DNA of 64,000 bases, taken from positions 67,795-131,794 of the forward strand of contig PLXZ01000001.1 in the NCBI GenBank assembly GCA_003151615.1, read 5' to 3'. The number at the start of each line of letters is the position of its first letter. Positions within the stretch are counted from its first letter, which is position 1. The position numbers and the translations under genes are program-made. Positions 37,266 through 47,599 of the stretch are shown here, piece by piece. This DNA is from Candidatus Tayloriibacteriota bacterium (GTDB lineage Bacteria > Patescibacteriota > Minisyncoccia > Phycocordibacterales > PALSA-1337). A model generated the notes under the pieces. That model was not told the DNA's origin. It was given only the letters and a program-made list of their open reading frames with translations, and did no database searches.

Positions 37266-38123
37266 TTAATTAGATTTCTTTGACCGTTTCTTGCTTGGGA
37301 GCAAATTCTTTTTTGCTTGCTTCTCCATGAGTTTCATCTCTTTTTTAATCTCCTTAATATGCTTTTCTGGCTTGAGATTTTCGGGTAAATCACCGCCTAT
37401 ATCCTTTATTGTCTGTCTGACTTTTCCACCAACCATGTTGTGTGTCCTCTGCGCGGCGCTATCACCCCTTACTCTGTCTTTTTTTAACTTTTCATCAGTC
37501 TGAGTAATGCGAAATAAATTGGCGGCAAGTTCAGTTGCGCCGGCTCGATCAAGCAGTTCGCCTTTTTTGATACCCTTTTTTACTTCTACGTCTGAGAGAG
37601 GAGCGCCGTACAAGCCACGATAACCAGCGTCGTTGAAAAGTCCAAAATGAGAAACCCCCGCCTCTTTCGCTGTTTTAAAAAGTTTTTTATTTTCACTAGT
37701 AACTTCTCCCCGAATGAATAATCTTTTTTCTGCATCGGGCAGTTTATCAAAAATTTCTTGTCTTCTCGTCTGAACGGCAAAATAGGTTTGAGCCAAAGCT
37801 ATTTGTGGTATTTTAGGATCTCCATTTTGAGCTATCAAATAACAAGCGTATCGGTCTAATTTCCAGTCTTTGACAGCTCTTTTTCCACCAGACCCAATAT
37901 CTACCAATTTAGTCAATTGGCTAAAATGGTTCTCGACTATTTGACCGCTATTTAGAGCGGCACGAGCGGCACGAGTTACGACCTCATTAAAGGCTTGCCA
38001 TGTTGCGTATCCAAGCAAAGGAAACAACTCTCGAGCCGTCCAAAACTCGATACCATTTTCATCAACTTCTTTAATCTCCTCGAACCCTTTGTTCGGCCCG
38101 CTTATAATAATTTCTTCTGGCAT
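37266..38123 (-). CDS. dinD: DNA-damage-inducible protein D (DinD)-like, Bro-N domain
   Basis: EFWTARELFPLLGYATWQAFNEVVTRAARAA...HFSQLTKLVDIGSGGKRAVKDWKLDRYACYLIAQNGDPKIPQIALAQTYFAVQTR closely matches E. coli DinD N-terminus. Confidence 0.8.
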   Translation of the reverse strand: MPEEIIISGPNKGFEEIKEVDENGIEFWTARELFPLLGYATWQAFNEVVTRAARAALNSGQIVENHFSQLTKLVDIGSGGKRAVKDWKLDRYACYLIAQNGDPKIPQIALAQTYFAVQTRRQEIFDKLPDAEKRLFIRGEVTSENKKLFKTAKEAGVSHFGLFNDAGYRGLYGAPLSDVEVKKGIKKGELLDRAGATELAANLFRITQTDEKLKKDRVRGDSAAQRTHNMVGGKVRQTIKDIGGDLPENLKPEKHIKEIKKEMKLMEKQAKKNLLPSKKRSKKSN

Positions 38124-38258
38124 ACCGCAATTATAAACTTTTTGTTCATGACGCGCTACCCATTGATTTAATAAAAAGTAACCTATTGTACAAGCCTTGC
38201 ATGTATTCTGTGTCAGACAAAATAGTTATAATAATCTCCTGAAGGCGGCACAAAGTTT

Positions 38259-38765
38259 TTACATCAAATACTCCTTATGAAGAGTGACGGATAATCCGGC
38301 TTTTTTGGCCTTGTCTATGGTGTCCTGCGTGCCGACGCTTTTGTTTACCTGAAAGGCATAGACCTCGTCGGAAACTTTGACTTCTTCGGTGTCCCTCATG
38401 AAATAATGCTCCTGCGTAATGGTGTGATAGGGCATTTCGACAAGACTGGCGGGATTAATTTTTTTGATTTTCCTTAAAACTGAAGCCATGCCGTCTATAT
38501 CTTTTTTGGTGATCGGTTCGTGACACCAGTTGAGGTAGTAGTCACTGATAAAATCTTCAAGATAAGCGGGAATGATTACTTTCAACCTTGAAGCATCCGG
38601 CTGGAGTTTCATAGCTTCATCCATTGCAAAATAATCAACGCCGGTACCCCCCCCTGTGAGCACAGCGTCACCGCGGCCGATAACTTCGCGCACCGAATTT
38701 CTGACGTCTTCTTCAACCTGTCTGTTTGTCAGTCTCCATGTTCCCGTGAATAGAATCCATTTCAT
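38259..38765 (-). CDS. hypothetical Rossmann-fold protein, SLOG/LOG/DprA-like (GGGTGVD motif)
   Basis: VLTGGGTGVDYFAMDEAM. Confidence 0.35.
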   Translation of the reverse strand: MKWILFTGTWRLTNRQVEEDVRNSVREVIGRGDAVLTGGGTGVDYFAMDEAMKLQPDASRLKVIIPAYLEDFISDYYLNWCHEPITKKDIDGMASVLRKIKKINPASLVEMPYHTITQEHYFMRDTEEVKVSDEVYAFQVNKSVGTQDTIDKAKKAGLSVTLHKEYLM

Positions 38766-38798
38766 GGGTGGATTATAGCAGAAAATGAACCGGGTATT

Positions 38799-39524
38799 TT
38801 ACGCAAAACGCGTCACGATGAAAATAAATATGGTACCAGTAATCGTGAGCGCCACGATTTTCCACGAACTTTGATTGCGGTGTGCTTCGGGCAAAATGTC
38901 GCTTGCTCCTATATACAGGAGAAATCCTGCGAAAAATCCGAGGTACAGGACAAGGAAACTTTCCGGCAGATGAAAGAAGAGTGTTGAAACAACGCCGACA
39001 ACCGGGGCAACGGCATCGAGAAGAAGAAACGACTTCGCCTTTTTCTCCGTGTTTTTATTCGTGAGCATCAAAATGACCGTATTCATGCCGTCGGTAAAAT
39101 CGTGGGCGATGACGGCGATTGCGACAATAACGCCGACCGCCGGGCTAATCTGAAAACCAAGGCCGATTCCCACTCCGTCCATAAAACTATGCCCTGCCAA
39201 TGCCAATGCGGACAAGACGCCGACATGCGGATGCTTGTGGTCGGCATAATCCTCCTCGTGGGCGTGATGAATGACGATGAGCTTTTCGACGATATGAAAA
39301 AGCATAAAGCCGACGACGAGAGCGACCATTGCGCCGATTGGATTGAAATTATTATCCTTAATCAGATTGATAATTTCCGGAAAAATATCGAAAGAGACGA
39401 CGCCAATAAGAACGCCGGCGGTGAATCCCATCACTAAATGAAGCCGATTTTTATGCTTGACCGCAAAGAGGCCGCCGAATGATGTCGACAAAAATGTGGC
39501 TACGGACAGGAGAATTGCTTCCAT
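38799..39524 (-). CDS. ZIP-family divalent metal (Zn) transporter (ZupT-like)
   Basis: 8 TM helices; His-rich loop HHAHEEDYADHKHPH; HSFMDGVGIGLGF and HDFTDGM motifs. Confidence 0.8.
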   Translation of the reverse strand: MEAILLSVATFLSTSFGGLFAVKHKNRLHLVMGFTAGVLIGVVSFDIFPEIINLIKDNNFNPIGAMVALVVGFMLFHIVEKLIVIHHAHEEDYADHKHPHVGVLSALALAGHSFMDGVGIGLGFQISPAVGVIVAIAVIAHDFTDGMNTVILMLTNKNTEKKAKSFLLLDAVAPVVGVVSTLFFHLPESFLVLYLGFFAGFLLYIGASDILPEAHRNQSSWKIVALTITGTIFIFIVTRFA

Positions 39525-39563
39525 GGCGATAAGGATAGCACAATTAAATCCAATATTCCAAAA

Positions 39564-40361
39564 TTAATACTCGAGTATAAACCGTTCCATCGCTGTCTCA
39601 AATTCATGAATGCCGCGGTGCGAATCGTGATAGACGGAAACAAGGCGTTCGAGCAGTAAACTCAATTCCTTTTCATCGAAATTTTCGGCGTAGCGTTTTG
39701 ATTTTTGATATACAAAAGGATTGAGTCCGGCTTCGCCCGCGGATTTTGTCCGCGCGGCAAGTGCCATGCATTTTGCCTGCCAAAACAAAATGCCGTGGAT
39801 TTCCTCGGGAGCCTTTCCTTCTTCAATCGCCTGGCGGTATAAAACCCAAAGCGTTTTCTTGTCGCGAGCACCGAGAGCGTCGGCCATTGCGAACACCGAA
39901 TTGCCTGTCGAACCCCCTTGGCCGAAACCGCCTGATTTTTTTGCATTCTCAGGCACATCGCCCGACGCCGACAAAACTTCCTGAACTTTCTCCGCATGCT
40001 TTTCAATTTTCTTCAGCGACGCTTTGTCGATCGAGCCGGCTGAAATGATGAAAATATTGGGCGATTCCGAAAAAAGTTCTAGTTTTTCGAGAAACGATTC
40101 CTTCAATTCCTTTTTCGCCGCGGCAGTAGCCGTTCCCCCTCCATCAAGGATTCCCCGCACCAAAACAACGTATTTATTGGCAAAAAGACCCTGACCACCG
40201 GTATATTCATCGACGGCCGAGTCATTCCAATTTTCTTCGGTCAAAGAAAAAAGACTGGCATCGGGCTTTTTTTTGAGAAGATCAGCCGCCAAGGCCGCCG
40301 CTTTTTTCGCCGCCGTCTGCGCCCCGTCATTTTTTCCGTCACTGTATAAAAAATAAATCAT
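39564..40361 (-). CDS. holA: DNA polymerase III delta subunit (HolA)-like
   Basis: size and motifs (...IFIISAGSIDKASLKKIEK...LWVLYRQAIEEG...ILFWQAK...LLERL) consistent with delta; start at MIYFLYSDG (40361) avoids overlap with polA. Confidence 0.55.
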   Translation of the reverse strand: MIYFLYSDGKNDGAQTAAKKAAALAADLLKKKPDASLFSLTEENWNDSAVDEYTGGQGLFANKYVVLVRGILDGGGTATAAAKKELKESFLEKLELFSESPNIFIISAGSIDKASLKKIEKHAEKVQEVLSASGDVPENAKKSGGFGQGGSTGNSVFAMADALGARDKKTLWVLYRQAIEEGKAPEEIHGILFWQAKCMALAARTKSAGEAGLNPFVYQKSKRYAENFDEKELSLLLERLVSVYHDSHRGIHEFETAMERFILEY

Positions 40362-40384
40362 AAAAATAAAATCCGTACGCCAAA

Positions 40385-42829
40385 TTAAATGTCTCCCCAG
40401 TTTTTGCCGGCGGCATATTCCGCCACGCATTTCACTCCGGAAGTTTTTTCAGGATCGAGAACCGCTTCCATAAGCGCTTTTATTTTGGGAGCAATTTTTG
40501 AAGCCTGCCCTTCGCGAATTTCAAACAGCAGTTCGTCGTGCACCTGAAGCAGCATGCGGACGTCGTCGGATAAATTTTCTTTTTGAATATAATTGTCAAT
40601 CGCAATCATGGCCAGCTTCACGATATCCGCTTCAGTTCCTTGAATCGGAGCATTCACGGCCATGCGTTCGGCCATTGCGCGGATGAAAGGCACCTTTGAA
40701 CGGATGCCCTCGAAATAGCGGCGTCGGCCAAAAAACGTCTCTGTATAGCCGTCCCGCGCCGCTTCTCCTTTTATCCTATCAATGTATGCGGCGAGTCCCG
40801 AAAATGTGGCGAAGTAATCATTGTAAAATTTTTGCGCTTCGGCGCGGTCGGTGCCGAGATTTCCGCGCAAGGCATTCACGCCCATTCCATACATCACGCC
40901 GAAGTTGATGACCTTCGCGCGACGGCGCATTTCATAATCGACTTTTTCCTCGGGCACGCCAAAAACCGCGGCCGCGACTGACTTGTGGAAATCGCCGCCG
41001 CTCGTGAACATGTCAATCATTTTTTTGTCGCCGGAAAGAAATGCGGCGACACGCAATTCGATTTGCGAATAATCAAACGATACGAGGTCAAAACCCTTTT
41101 CGGCGATGAATGCCGTGCGAATCCTTTTTCCGAGCTCCGTTTTTATCGGAATATTCTGGAGATTAGGATTTGTCGAAGACATTCGCCCTGTCGCCGCGCC
41201 GGTTTGGACAAGAGTCGTGTGTAAACGTCCATTTTTATCAACCTGCTCCGGCATCGTATCAATATAGGTACCGAGCAATTTCTGCAATTCGCGATATTCC
41301 AAAATAAGCTTGGCAATTGAAGGTTTTCCTTCAGCCTCTTCGGTTTCGGCGAGCTTTAAAAGCTCCGACTCCTTCGTCGAGCGCGTTCCGCCGGCCGTTT
41401 TTTTGGCATTTTTAATTGTCAGGCCGAGTTTGTCGAACAGAACTTCGCCAAGCTGTTTCGGCGAATTGATGTTGAATTCTCCTCCGGCAATGGCCCATAT
41501 TTTTTTCTCAAGTTCATGCGCGGTCGCATGATACTCCTTGCCGAGTTTTTTCAAATAGGCGACGTCGATTTGCACGCCATATTTTTCCATGCGGTCGATG
41601 ACGGGAAGGAGCGGCAATTCTATATCCTCGTACACTTTTTCCTGCTTGCGTTCCGCGAGTTTTTGAAAAACGATTTTTTTCGCTTCCTCAAAATGTTCGG
41701 TTCCGGTAAAAGCGTATAAATCTTCCAAGGTCGGATTTGTAAGATCGGATTTTACCAGCCATAACGCAATTAAAACTTTTTTAAAATCCGAAGGGTCAAT
41801 TTTTTCGGCAGCGACTTTGTCGGCCTTCTCTTTTTCCATTTTTGCCTCTTTTGCCGCTTTGCCCGCAACCTTGCCTTCCAAAACCTGGCTCAACCTGGGC
41901 GCCAAAGTGCGAAAGTCCAATTCCGTAAAAAGCGCCGTCAGTTTTTGCATATCGAGTCCCGCACGAAATTCCTGCGCGGGCAATTTGAAATTAATCGGTG
42001 CGTCCCTGCGAATGGTCGCGAGCATTTTGCTGAATTCCGCTTCTTCTTTTCCTTCTTCCAATAATTTAATGATTCGATCGGTAATACCCGCCTTTTTGAA
42101 AGCAGCATAACTATTTTTTTTATCTTTTTCGAGAGCTTTATAAATATCTTCAACCGAACCGAATGTCGTTATCAAAATAGTGCCGGTTTTTTCGCCGATG
42201 CCCGCAATGCCGATAATATTGTCGGAAGGATCACCGCGCAATCCCTTATAATCCGGCAAAAGTTCCGGACCGAAACCAAATCGCATGCGCACCGCATCTT
42301 CATCATACAAAATCGTATCGTTAATTCCTTTTTTCAGCGTATAGACCTGAACTTTTTTGTCCGAAACCAATTGCAAGGTGTCCATGTCGCCTGAAGCTAT
42401 GACAATATCGACAACGCCTCCGATTTTTTTAGGATTTTTTGCCTCTTCAACAATGGTTCCCAGCATATCATCCGCCTCAAATCCCGGCTTGTCATATATA
42501 GGTATATTGAAAGCGGCAAAGACATCGCGCGAACGTTTCATCTGGGAAACCAGGGCATCATCGGCCTTTTTTCGGCCGGCTTTATATTCCTTGTATGCTT
42601 CATGCCGATACGTCGGTCCCGGCAAATCGTAACAGGCGACAATGTAGTCCGGCTTCAAATCCGCGATGATTTTTATGAGCATCGTCGAAACGCCGTATAG
42701 ACCGCCGGTCGGTTCGCCTTTCGAGGAAACAAAATCGGGCAAAGCATGATACGCACGGTGCAAAATGGCGTGCGCGTCAAGAAGTACAAGTTTTTTCGGC
42801 AATTCTTTAGTTTCCTTTGATTCTTTCAT
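40385..42829 (-). CDS. polA: DNA polymerase I (5'-3' exonuclease + polymerase domains)
   Basis: N-terminal 5' nuclease LVLLDAHAILHRAYHAL; polymerase motifs DYSQIELR, ...RRRAKVINFGVMYGM, QVHDELLFE. Confidence 0.9.
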   Translation of the reverse strand: MKESKETKELPKKLVLLDAHAILHRAYHALPDFVSSKGEPTGGLYGVSTMLIKIIADLKPDYIVACYDLPGPTYRHEAYKEYKAGRKKADDALVSQMKRSRDVFAAFNIPIYDKPGFEADDMLGTIVEEAKNPKKIGGVVDIVIASGDMDTLQLVSDKKVQVYTLKKGINDTILYDEDAVRMRFGFGPELLPDYKGLRGDPSDNIIGIAGIGEKTGTILITTFGSVEDIYKALEKDKKNSYAAFKKAGITDRIIKLLEEGKEEAEFSKMLATIRRDAPINFKLPAQEFRAGLDMQKLTALFTELDFRTLAPRLSQVLEGKVAGKAAKEAKMEKEKADKVAAEKIDPSDFKKVLIALWLVKSDLTNPTLEDLYAFTGTEHFEEAKKIVFQKLAERKQEKVYEDIELPLLPVIDRMEKYGVQIDVAYLKKLGKEYHATAHELEKKIWAIAGGEFNINSPKQLGEVLFDKLGLTIKNAKKTAGGTRSTKESELLKLAETEEAEGKPSIAKLILEYRELQKLLGTYIDTMPEQVDKNGRLHTTLVQTGAATGRMSSTNPNLQNIPIKTELGKRIRTAFIAEKGFDLVSFDYSQIELRVAAFLSGDKKMIDMFTSGGDFHKSVAAAVFGVPEEKVDYEMRRRAKVINFGVMYGMGVNALRGNLGTDRAEAQKFYNDYFATFSGLAAYIDRIKGEAARDGYTETFFGRRRYFEGIRSKVPFIRAMAERMAVNAPIQGTEADIVKLAMIAIDNYIQKENLSDDVRMLLQVHDELLFEIREGQASKIAPKIKALMEAVLDPEKTSGVKCVAEYAAGKNWGDI

Positions 42830-42847
42830 GAGCCTATTGTAACACTT

Positions 42848-43402
42848 CTATAAGCTCTCTATCTCACGCGTCGTCTCGTCAATGAAAGTAAACTTCAACC
42901 GCGCGTGATCCGCGGGCAACAGATCTGCAATTCGCTCCGGCCATTCGATAATAATAAGGTTACCCGGATTGGCCGCGATTTCATCCCAACCCAAATGCTT
43001 CATTTCATCCGAACTTTCCAGACGATATGCATCAATGTGAATAAGATGTGTAAAAACACCAAAATTATGTGAAGAACTTTGGGGAGAAGCCTGTGTATAT
43101 GCTGTGCCGAAGTCAGAATGTGCAAAAGACTGTGCGGAAGCCTGTGAATCTGGCGTGGATAAGCTGTGCGTCAACGGGTATATCTTTTCTATGACAAACG
43201 TCGGGCTTGTCATAGAATCCTGAATGCCCAAAGCGGCCCCAACTGCCTTGGTAAAAGCAGTTTTGCCGGAACCAAGATTTCCATACAGTCCCAAAACAAA
43301 AGCTCTGGTTGATTCCGCGGATTTTCGCGCCGCCAAAAGAGCGGTGACATATTTTTTGGCAAAATCCTCAGTTTCAAACACAGAATGGCTGACGAATTTC
43401 AT
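42848..43402 (-). CDS. tsaE: tRNA threonylcarbamoyladenosine biosynthesis protein TsaE
   Basis: LGLYGNLGSGKTAFTKAV P-loop, TSPTFVIEKIY. Confidence 0.8.
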   Translation of the reverse strand: MKFVSHSVFETEDFAKKYVTALLAARKSAESTRAFVLGLYGNLGSGKTAFTKAVGAALGIQDSMTSPTFVIEKIYPLTHSLSTPDSQASAQSFAHSDFGTAYTQASPQSSSHNFGVFTHLIHIDAYRLESSDEMKHLGWDEIAANPGNLIIIEWPERIADLLPADHARLKFTFIDETTREIESL

Positions 43403-43405
43403 ATA

Positions 43406-44050
43406 TTATTGCAGGCCTTCGGAAAAAAGTCCGAGATCCTTCTTGAAAAAGCGCATGGCGATATGATAAATGCTGTACGTGATGAAGAAAGCCGACGCGA
43501 CGTCAATTGAATAGTGCAGATGTCCCATGAGTACGATGATGCCGAAAAAAACTGAAAGAATGATGAAAAAATAACGCCAGAATTTTTCATTCCAAAATAT
43601 AAGCGCAAGAAGAAACGGAATTCCCGTATGTCCCGAGAAGAACAAATCGTTTCCGGAGGTAAAAAAACTGATAATGTCGGATGCCTGAACGCCGATTCGG
43701 GTTGGAAACGGGGCAATGTGGGTCAAACTGACAAAACCGGAACGAATTATGACAAAAAGTGCCAGACTTTTACATATAAACGGCAATCGCTTCGGCTCGG
43801 AAAAACAAAGCCAGACTATGACGGCAATCAGGACCAATGGCCCGTAAATGAAAATGCCGTCAACGTCATATACCGGAATATTTGAAAGGATAATGTCGGT
43901 CACCGAACTGCTGACCCGGTCGGTGGCATAAATGCCTGCGCCAAAATTAATAATGGCGCTGGCAAGCAGAAACAGGAACGACAATCCGGCGGACGTCAAA
44001 TATTCCTTATTATGGAGATAGGGGCGCCATTTTGCCGCAATGGATTTCAT
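43406..44050 (-). CDS. integral membrane protein, PAP2-superfamily-like (SGH and HxxxD motifs)
   Basis: FFSGHTGIPFLL and MGHLHYSIDVASAF. Confidence 0.4.
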   Translation of the reverse strand: MKSIAAKWRPYLHNKEYLTSAGLSFLFLLASAIINFGAGIYATDRVSSSVTDIILSNIPVYDVDGIFIYGPLVLIAVIVWLCFSEPKRLPFICKSLALFVIIRSGFVSLTHIAPFPTRIGVQASDIISFFTSGNDLFFSGHTGIPFLLALIFWNEKFWRYFFIILSVFFGIIVLMGHLHYSIDVASAFFITYSIYHIAMRFFKKDLGLFSEGLQ

Positions 44051-44087
44051 GCTTCAAATACTATCATAAAAAGGCTATACTTATGCC

Positions 44088-45791
44088 ATGATTCAATTCG
44101 ACGAAGACAAGCAGAATAAAAAACTCGGCGATTTGCTGAAGAAAGAAGAGGAGGATCTCGTCCAGTCCCTCTCTGCAAAATATGGCCTCGAATACATTGA
44201 TCTTGCGACTACAAACATTACGAGTGATGCCCTGCGTCTGATAGAAGAACCGGTTGCGCGCGATGCAAAAATCGCGGCATTCGGCCTTACCGACAGAAAA
44301 ATAAAAGTAGCTGCGCGAAATCCGGACGATCCGAAGGTAACCGAAATTATTGAAGGCCTCAAGGCAAAAGGCTACGTCCCCACTCTTTATATCACTTCAA
44401 ATACGGATCTTGAAAAAGCCTGGACAAATTACAAGGACCTTTCATTCGCGATTGAATCAAAAGCCGGATCACTCGATATTTCAAGCGACGAAATCAGCGC
44501 CCTCATTGAAAAAGCAAAGGGGCTTCCGACGGTTGCTTCAATTTTGCAAAATACCCTTACCCTCAAAAAAAGCTACCGCATTTCGCGCATTTTGGAAACA
44601 ATCATTGCCGGAGCGCTCGGCACCAGGGCATCCGACATACACATCGAGCCTGAGGAAGAATTCGTGCGCATCCGTTATCGTCTGGACGGAGTGCTTGTTG
44701 AAGTCATTACCTTTGACAAGGAAACCTACAATCTCGTGCTTTCGCGCATCAAGCTTCTCTCAGGCCTCAAACTTAACATCAAAAAAGATTCGCAGGACGG
44801 ACGCTTCAGCGTGAATATCGGCGACAGGGACATAGAAATCCGTACTTCGGTCCTGCCCGGCGCATATAATGAATCGGTCGTTATGCGTATTCTCGATCCG
44901 AAATCCATCAGCGTGCCGCTGGAGTCGCTCGGCATCCCGGACAAGCTTTTGAAAATCCTTTTGAAAGCAATCGATCTGCCAAACGGCATGATCCTGACGA
45001 CGGGACCGACGGGTTCGGGAAAAACCACGACTCTCTACGCCTTTTTGAAAAAAGTAAAAGATCCGGGCATTAAAATAATAACCATTGAAGATCCAATTGA
45101 ATACCATCTACCCGGAATCGTGCAGACGCAGACAAACGACAAGGGCTACACTTTCCTCGAGGGCCTTCGCGCCGCAGTCCGCCAGGATCCCGACATAATT
45201 ATGGTCGGTGAAATCCGCGACAATGAAACAGCTGCAATCGCCATAAACTCGGCGCTGACGGGACACCTTGTGTTTTCAACGCTTCACACCAATGACGCGG
45301 CTGGAACGTTTCCGCGCCTCGTCGACCTCGGCATCAATCCGAAAATTCTAACGTCTGCACTGACAATCGCGTTGGCACAGCGACTCGTGCGAAAACTTTG
45401 CGAATTTTGCAAAAAAGAAGTTCCGGTGGACGAAAATTCAAAAAAGATCGTCGAAGGAATTCTGACGACAATCGTGGATAAGAATGAAATTCCGACGCAG
45501 GACGGACTGCCTGCGGGCATAATCGGAAAAATCTGGCAAAGCGTCGGCTGTGAAAAATGCAATCATACCGGCTATAAAGGCCGCATCGGCGTATATGAAG
45601 GCATTTTGGTCAACGATCCTGCCATAGAAAAAGTCATCGACTATGGATCGAGCGACCGTGAAATTGCAGAGGCGGCCGCACACCAAGGCATTCTGACCAT
45701 GAAGCAAGATGGCATTATAAAAGTATTCAAAGGCGTCACGTCGATCGATGAACTTCGCCGCGTCATCGAGATCGACGCGGCAATAAAATAA
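44088..45791 (+). CDS. type IV pilus / type II secretion assembly ATPase (PilB/GspE family)
   Basis: Walker A LTTGPTGSGKTTTLYAFL, Asp box, His box, CxxC...CxxC tetracysteine. Confidence 0.85.
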   Translation: MIQFDEDKQNKKLGDLLKKEEEDLVQSLSAKYGLEYIDLATTNITSDALRLIEEPVARDAKIAAFGLTDRKIKVAARNPDDPKVTEIIEGLKAKGYVPTLYITSNTDLEKAWTNYKDLSFAIESKAGSLDISSDEISALIEKAKGLPTVASILQNTLTLKKSYRISRILETIIAGALGTRASDIHIEPEEEFVRIRYRLDGVLVEVITFDKETYNLVLSRIKLLSGLKLNIKKDSQDGRFSVNIGDRDIEIRTSVLPGAYNESVVMRILDPKSISVPLESLGIPDKLLKILLKAIDLPNGMILTTGPTGSGKTTTLYAFLKKVKDPGIKIITIEDPIEYHLPGIVQTQTNDKGYTFLEGLRAAVRQDPDIIMVGEIRDNETAAIAINSALTGHLVFSTLHTNDAAGTFPRLVDLGINPKILTSALTIALAQRLVRKLCEFCKKEVPVDENSKKIVEGILTTIVDKNEIPTQDGLPAGIIGKIWQSVGCEKCNHTGYKGRIGVYEGILVNDPAIEKVIDYGSSDREIAEAAAHQGILTMKQDGIIKVFKGVTSIDELRRVIEIDAAIK

Positions 45792-46116
45792 AAGTTACGA
45801 ACCACAAATATTGGGCTGTCAATTGAACTTTTAAAAAAGAGGAGTACTATTTAGCAAGAGAAAACGACAGCGAACGAAAAAGTTTGGACGTCAATCGAGT
45901 GCACAAATCTCCAAGCAATACTTTCAATGCGATCACCGAAAGTTAAACATAGCTTCAAGGATAACCCCAGTAAAACGCACCGGGGTGGCAAACCAGAATG
46001 TCCTCAAGGCTATGTCAGATACGGGGAGTTAACCCCTTATATTGCTTAGAGATTTATGAACTTGATTTCGAATATACCTGGCTTTTCATCGAGTATCCTA
46101 GCATAAAATAATTTCT

Positions 46117-47154
46117 ATGTCAAGTATCCCTAAAACAGCAGAATCAGAGCCGACAGAAGCAAAACACCTTGATCAAACACTGCGTCCGGGCACCTGGAAT
46201 GAATATATAGGCCAAAAAAACATAAAGGATAACCTCCATATCCTTCTGACTGCGGCCCAGCAGCGAAAACATCCCCCGGAACACCTTCTTTTCTATGGAC
46301 CGCCCGGTCTCGGAAAAACCACCCTCGCCCATCTGATTGCGAAGGAAACCGGCGCGCAGATGAAAATAACTTCCGGACCGGCTATTTTGAAGGTTGGCGA
46401 TCTCGCATCAGTTCTCACGAACTTATCGCACGGCGATATTCTTTTCATAGACGAAATACACCGGCTCAACAAGGCCATCGAGGAAGTCCTCTACCCTGCC
46501 ATGGAATCGGGCAAGCTCGATATCATCATCGGCAAAGGTCCCTCCGCCCGCACCATCCAGCTGGATTTGCCGCAGTTCACCTTGATAGCGGCAACGACGC
46601 GAATCGCCATGATTTCGTCTCCGTTGCGATCGCGCTTTTCAGGCGGCGTATTCAAGCTGGAATTTTACAGCGAAAACGAGATACATGAAATCATAACGCG
46701 GTCTGCCAAAATCCTTGGCATTGCGATTGAGGATTCAGCAGCCCGGGAAATCGCCCACCGCAGCCGCTTCACTCCGCGAACTGCCAACTATTTCCTGAAA
46801 CGCTGCCGTGATTTCGCGGAGGTTCACGTAATGGAAAAGAAAAATGACAAAAAAAATGTCATTCTGACGAAAGATATTGTCGAAAAAGCCCTGTCCATGC
46901 TCGGCGTCGACATTCTCGGACTTAACAGTGCCGACCGCGACATATTGCGCGTTCTGATTGAAAAATTCGGAGGCGGACCGGTCGGACTGAACACTCTCGG
47001 CGCGGCGTTGTCGGAGGAGCAGGCAACCATTGAAGAAGTCTATGAACCCTATTTGATTCAGCTTGGACTTCTGGAGCGAACGCCCCGCGGACGCACAGCC
47101 ACCGACAAAGCTTACGCGCACCTCAACATAAAAGGATCGCAAAAATTGCTTTAA
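46117..47154 (+). CDS. ruvB: Holliday junction branch migration helicase RuvB
   Basis: GPPGLGKTTLAHLIA, DEIHRL, sensor motifs. Confidence 0.9.
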   Translation: MSSIPKTAESEPTEAKHLDQTLRPGTWNEYIGQKNIKDNLHILLTAAQQRKHPPEHLLFYGPPGLGKTTLAHLIAKETGAQMKITSGPAILKVGDLASVLTNLSHGDILFIDEIHRLNKAIEEVLYPAMESGKLDIIIGKGPSARTIQLDLPQFTLIAATTRIAMISSPLRSRFSGGVFKLEFYSENEIHEIITRSAKILGIAIEDSAAREIAHRSRFTPRTANYFLKRCRDFAEVHVMEKKNDKKNVILTKDIVEKALSMLGVDILGLNSADRDILRVLIEKFGGGPVGLNTLGAALSEEQATIEEVYEPYLIQLGLLERTPRGRTATDKAYAHLNIKGSQKLL

Positions 47155-47157
47155 AAG

Positions 47158-47490
47158 CTAGACTGCCGCTTTTTCTTTTGGACTTGGACGACGGGTAAAC
47201 TGCCGCGCTCCCAAAAAAATCAGGATTGAACCGACAATGTAGAGAAGGAAGAAAACAACCTGAAGCGGAATGCCGAAATAGACGAACGAAACGCCAAGTT
47301 GCGCTTCAAACGAAAGGAATGCCGCGAGGAGCACGCAGGCGGCAATCGTCATGATTCCCGTTGAAATGAACTTCAAGGGACGCTTCAGTATGCTGACAAA
47401 AATATCGGCCGACCGGTACAAATACGTTGCAGACAGAACCCCGCACAGAACCGAAAAAAATATAAGCCCGAGTTCAAATTGATTTGTCAT
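47158..47490 (-). CDS. small membrane protein 110 aa
   Basis: three hydrophobic helices. Confidence 0.4.
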   Translation of the reverse strand: MTNQFELGLIFFSVLCGVLSATYLYRSADIFVSILKRPLKFISTGIMTIAACVLLAAFLSFEAQLGVSFVYFGIPLQVVFFLLYIVGSILIFLGARQFTRRPSPKEKAAV

Positions 47491-47599
47491 GTTTTTATAT
47501 TATGGGTACAATTATAGCATTAGAACATGTTTATTGTAATATAGGCTTAATAACCTCGTCTTAACGGGCGTAAGTGATGATTAATAATCAATAAAAACT

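Larger units (their letters stand above)
26838..38123. mobile_element. integrative element inserted at 3' end of tRNA-Lys: large serine recombinase, primase-helicase, regulator, secreted proteins, DinD; right boundary uncertain
   Basis: recombinase stop overlaps tRNA 3' end by 9 nt; replication and regulatory genes follow; attR repeat not found. Confidence 0.45.

Noticed and set aside
38124-38258. attR (repeat of the tRNA-Lys 3' end) at the presumed right edge of the integrative element
   Set aside because: No copy of the tRNA-Lys 3' segment could be found by eye here or at 35057-35453 and 36236-36848. The right boundary therefore stays an inference from gene content.
40498-42632. Numerous 60-150-aa ORFs antisense or out of frame within polA, dnaA, dnaN, PBP1A, VirB4, pilB, Mur ligase (e.g. 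40696..40908, 41817..42110, 55792..56253, 52084..52434, 62796..63347)
   Set aside because: They lie fully inside long motif-bearing genes on the other strand or frame. They are typical spurious ORFs from moderately GC-rich coding sequence.
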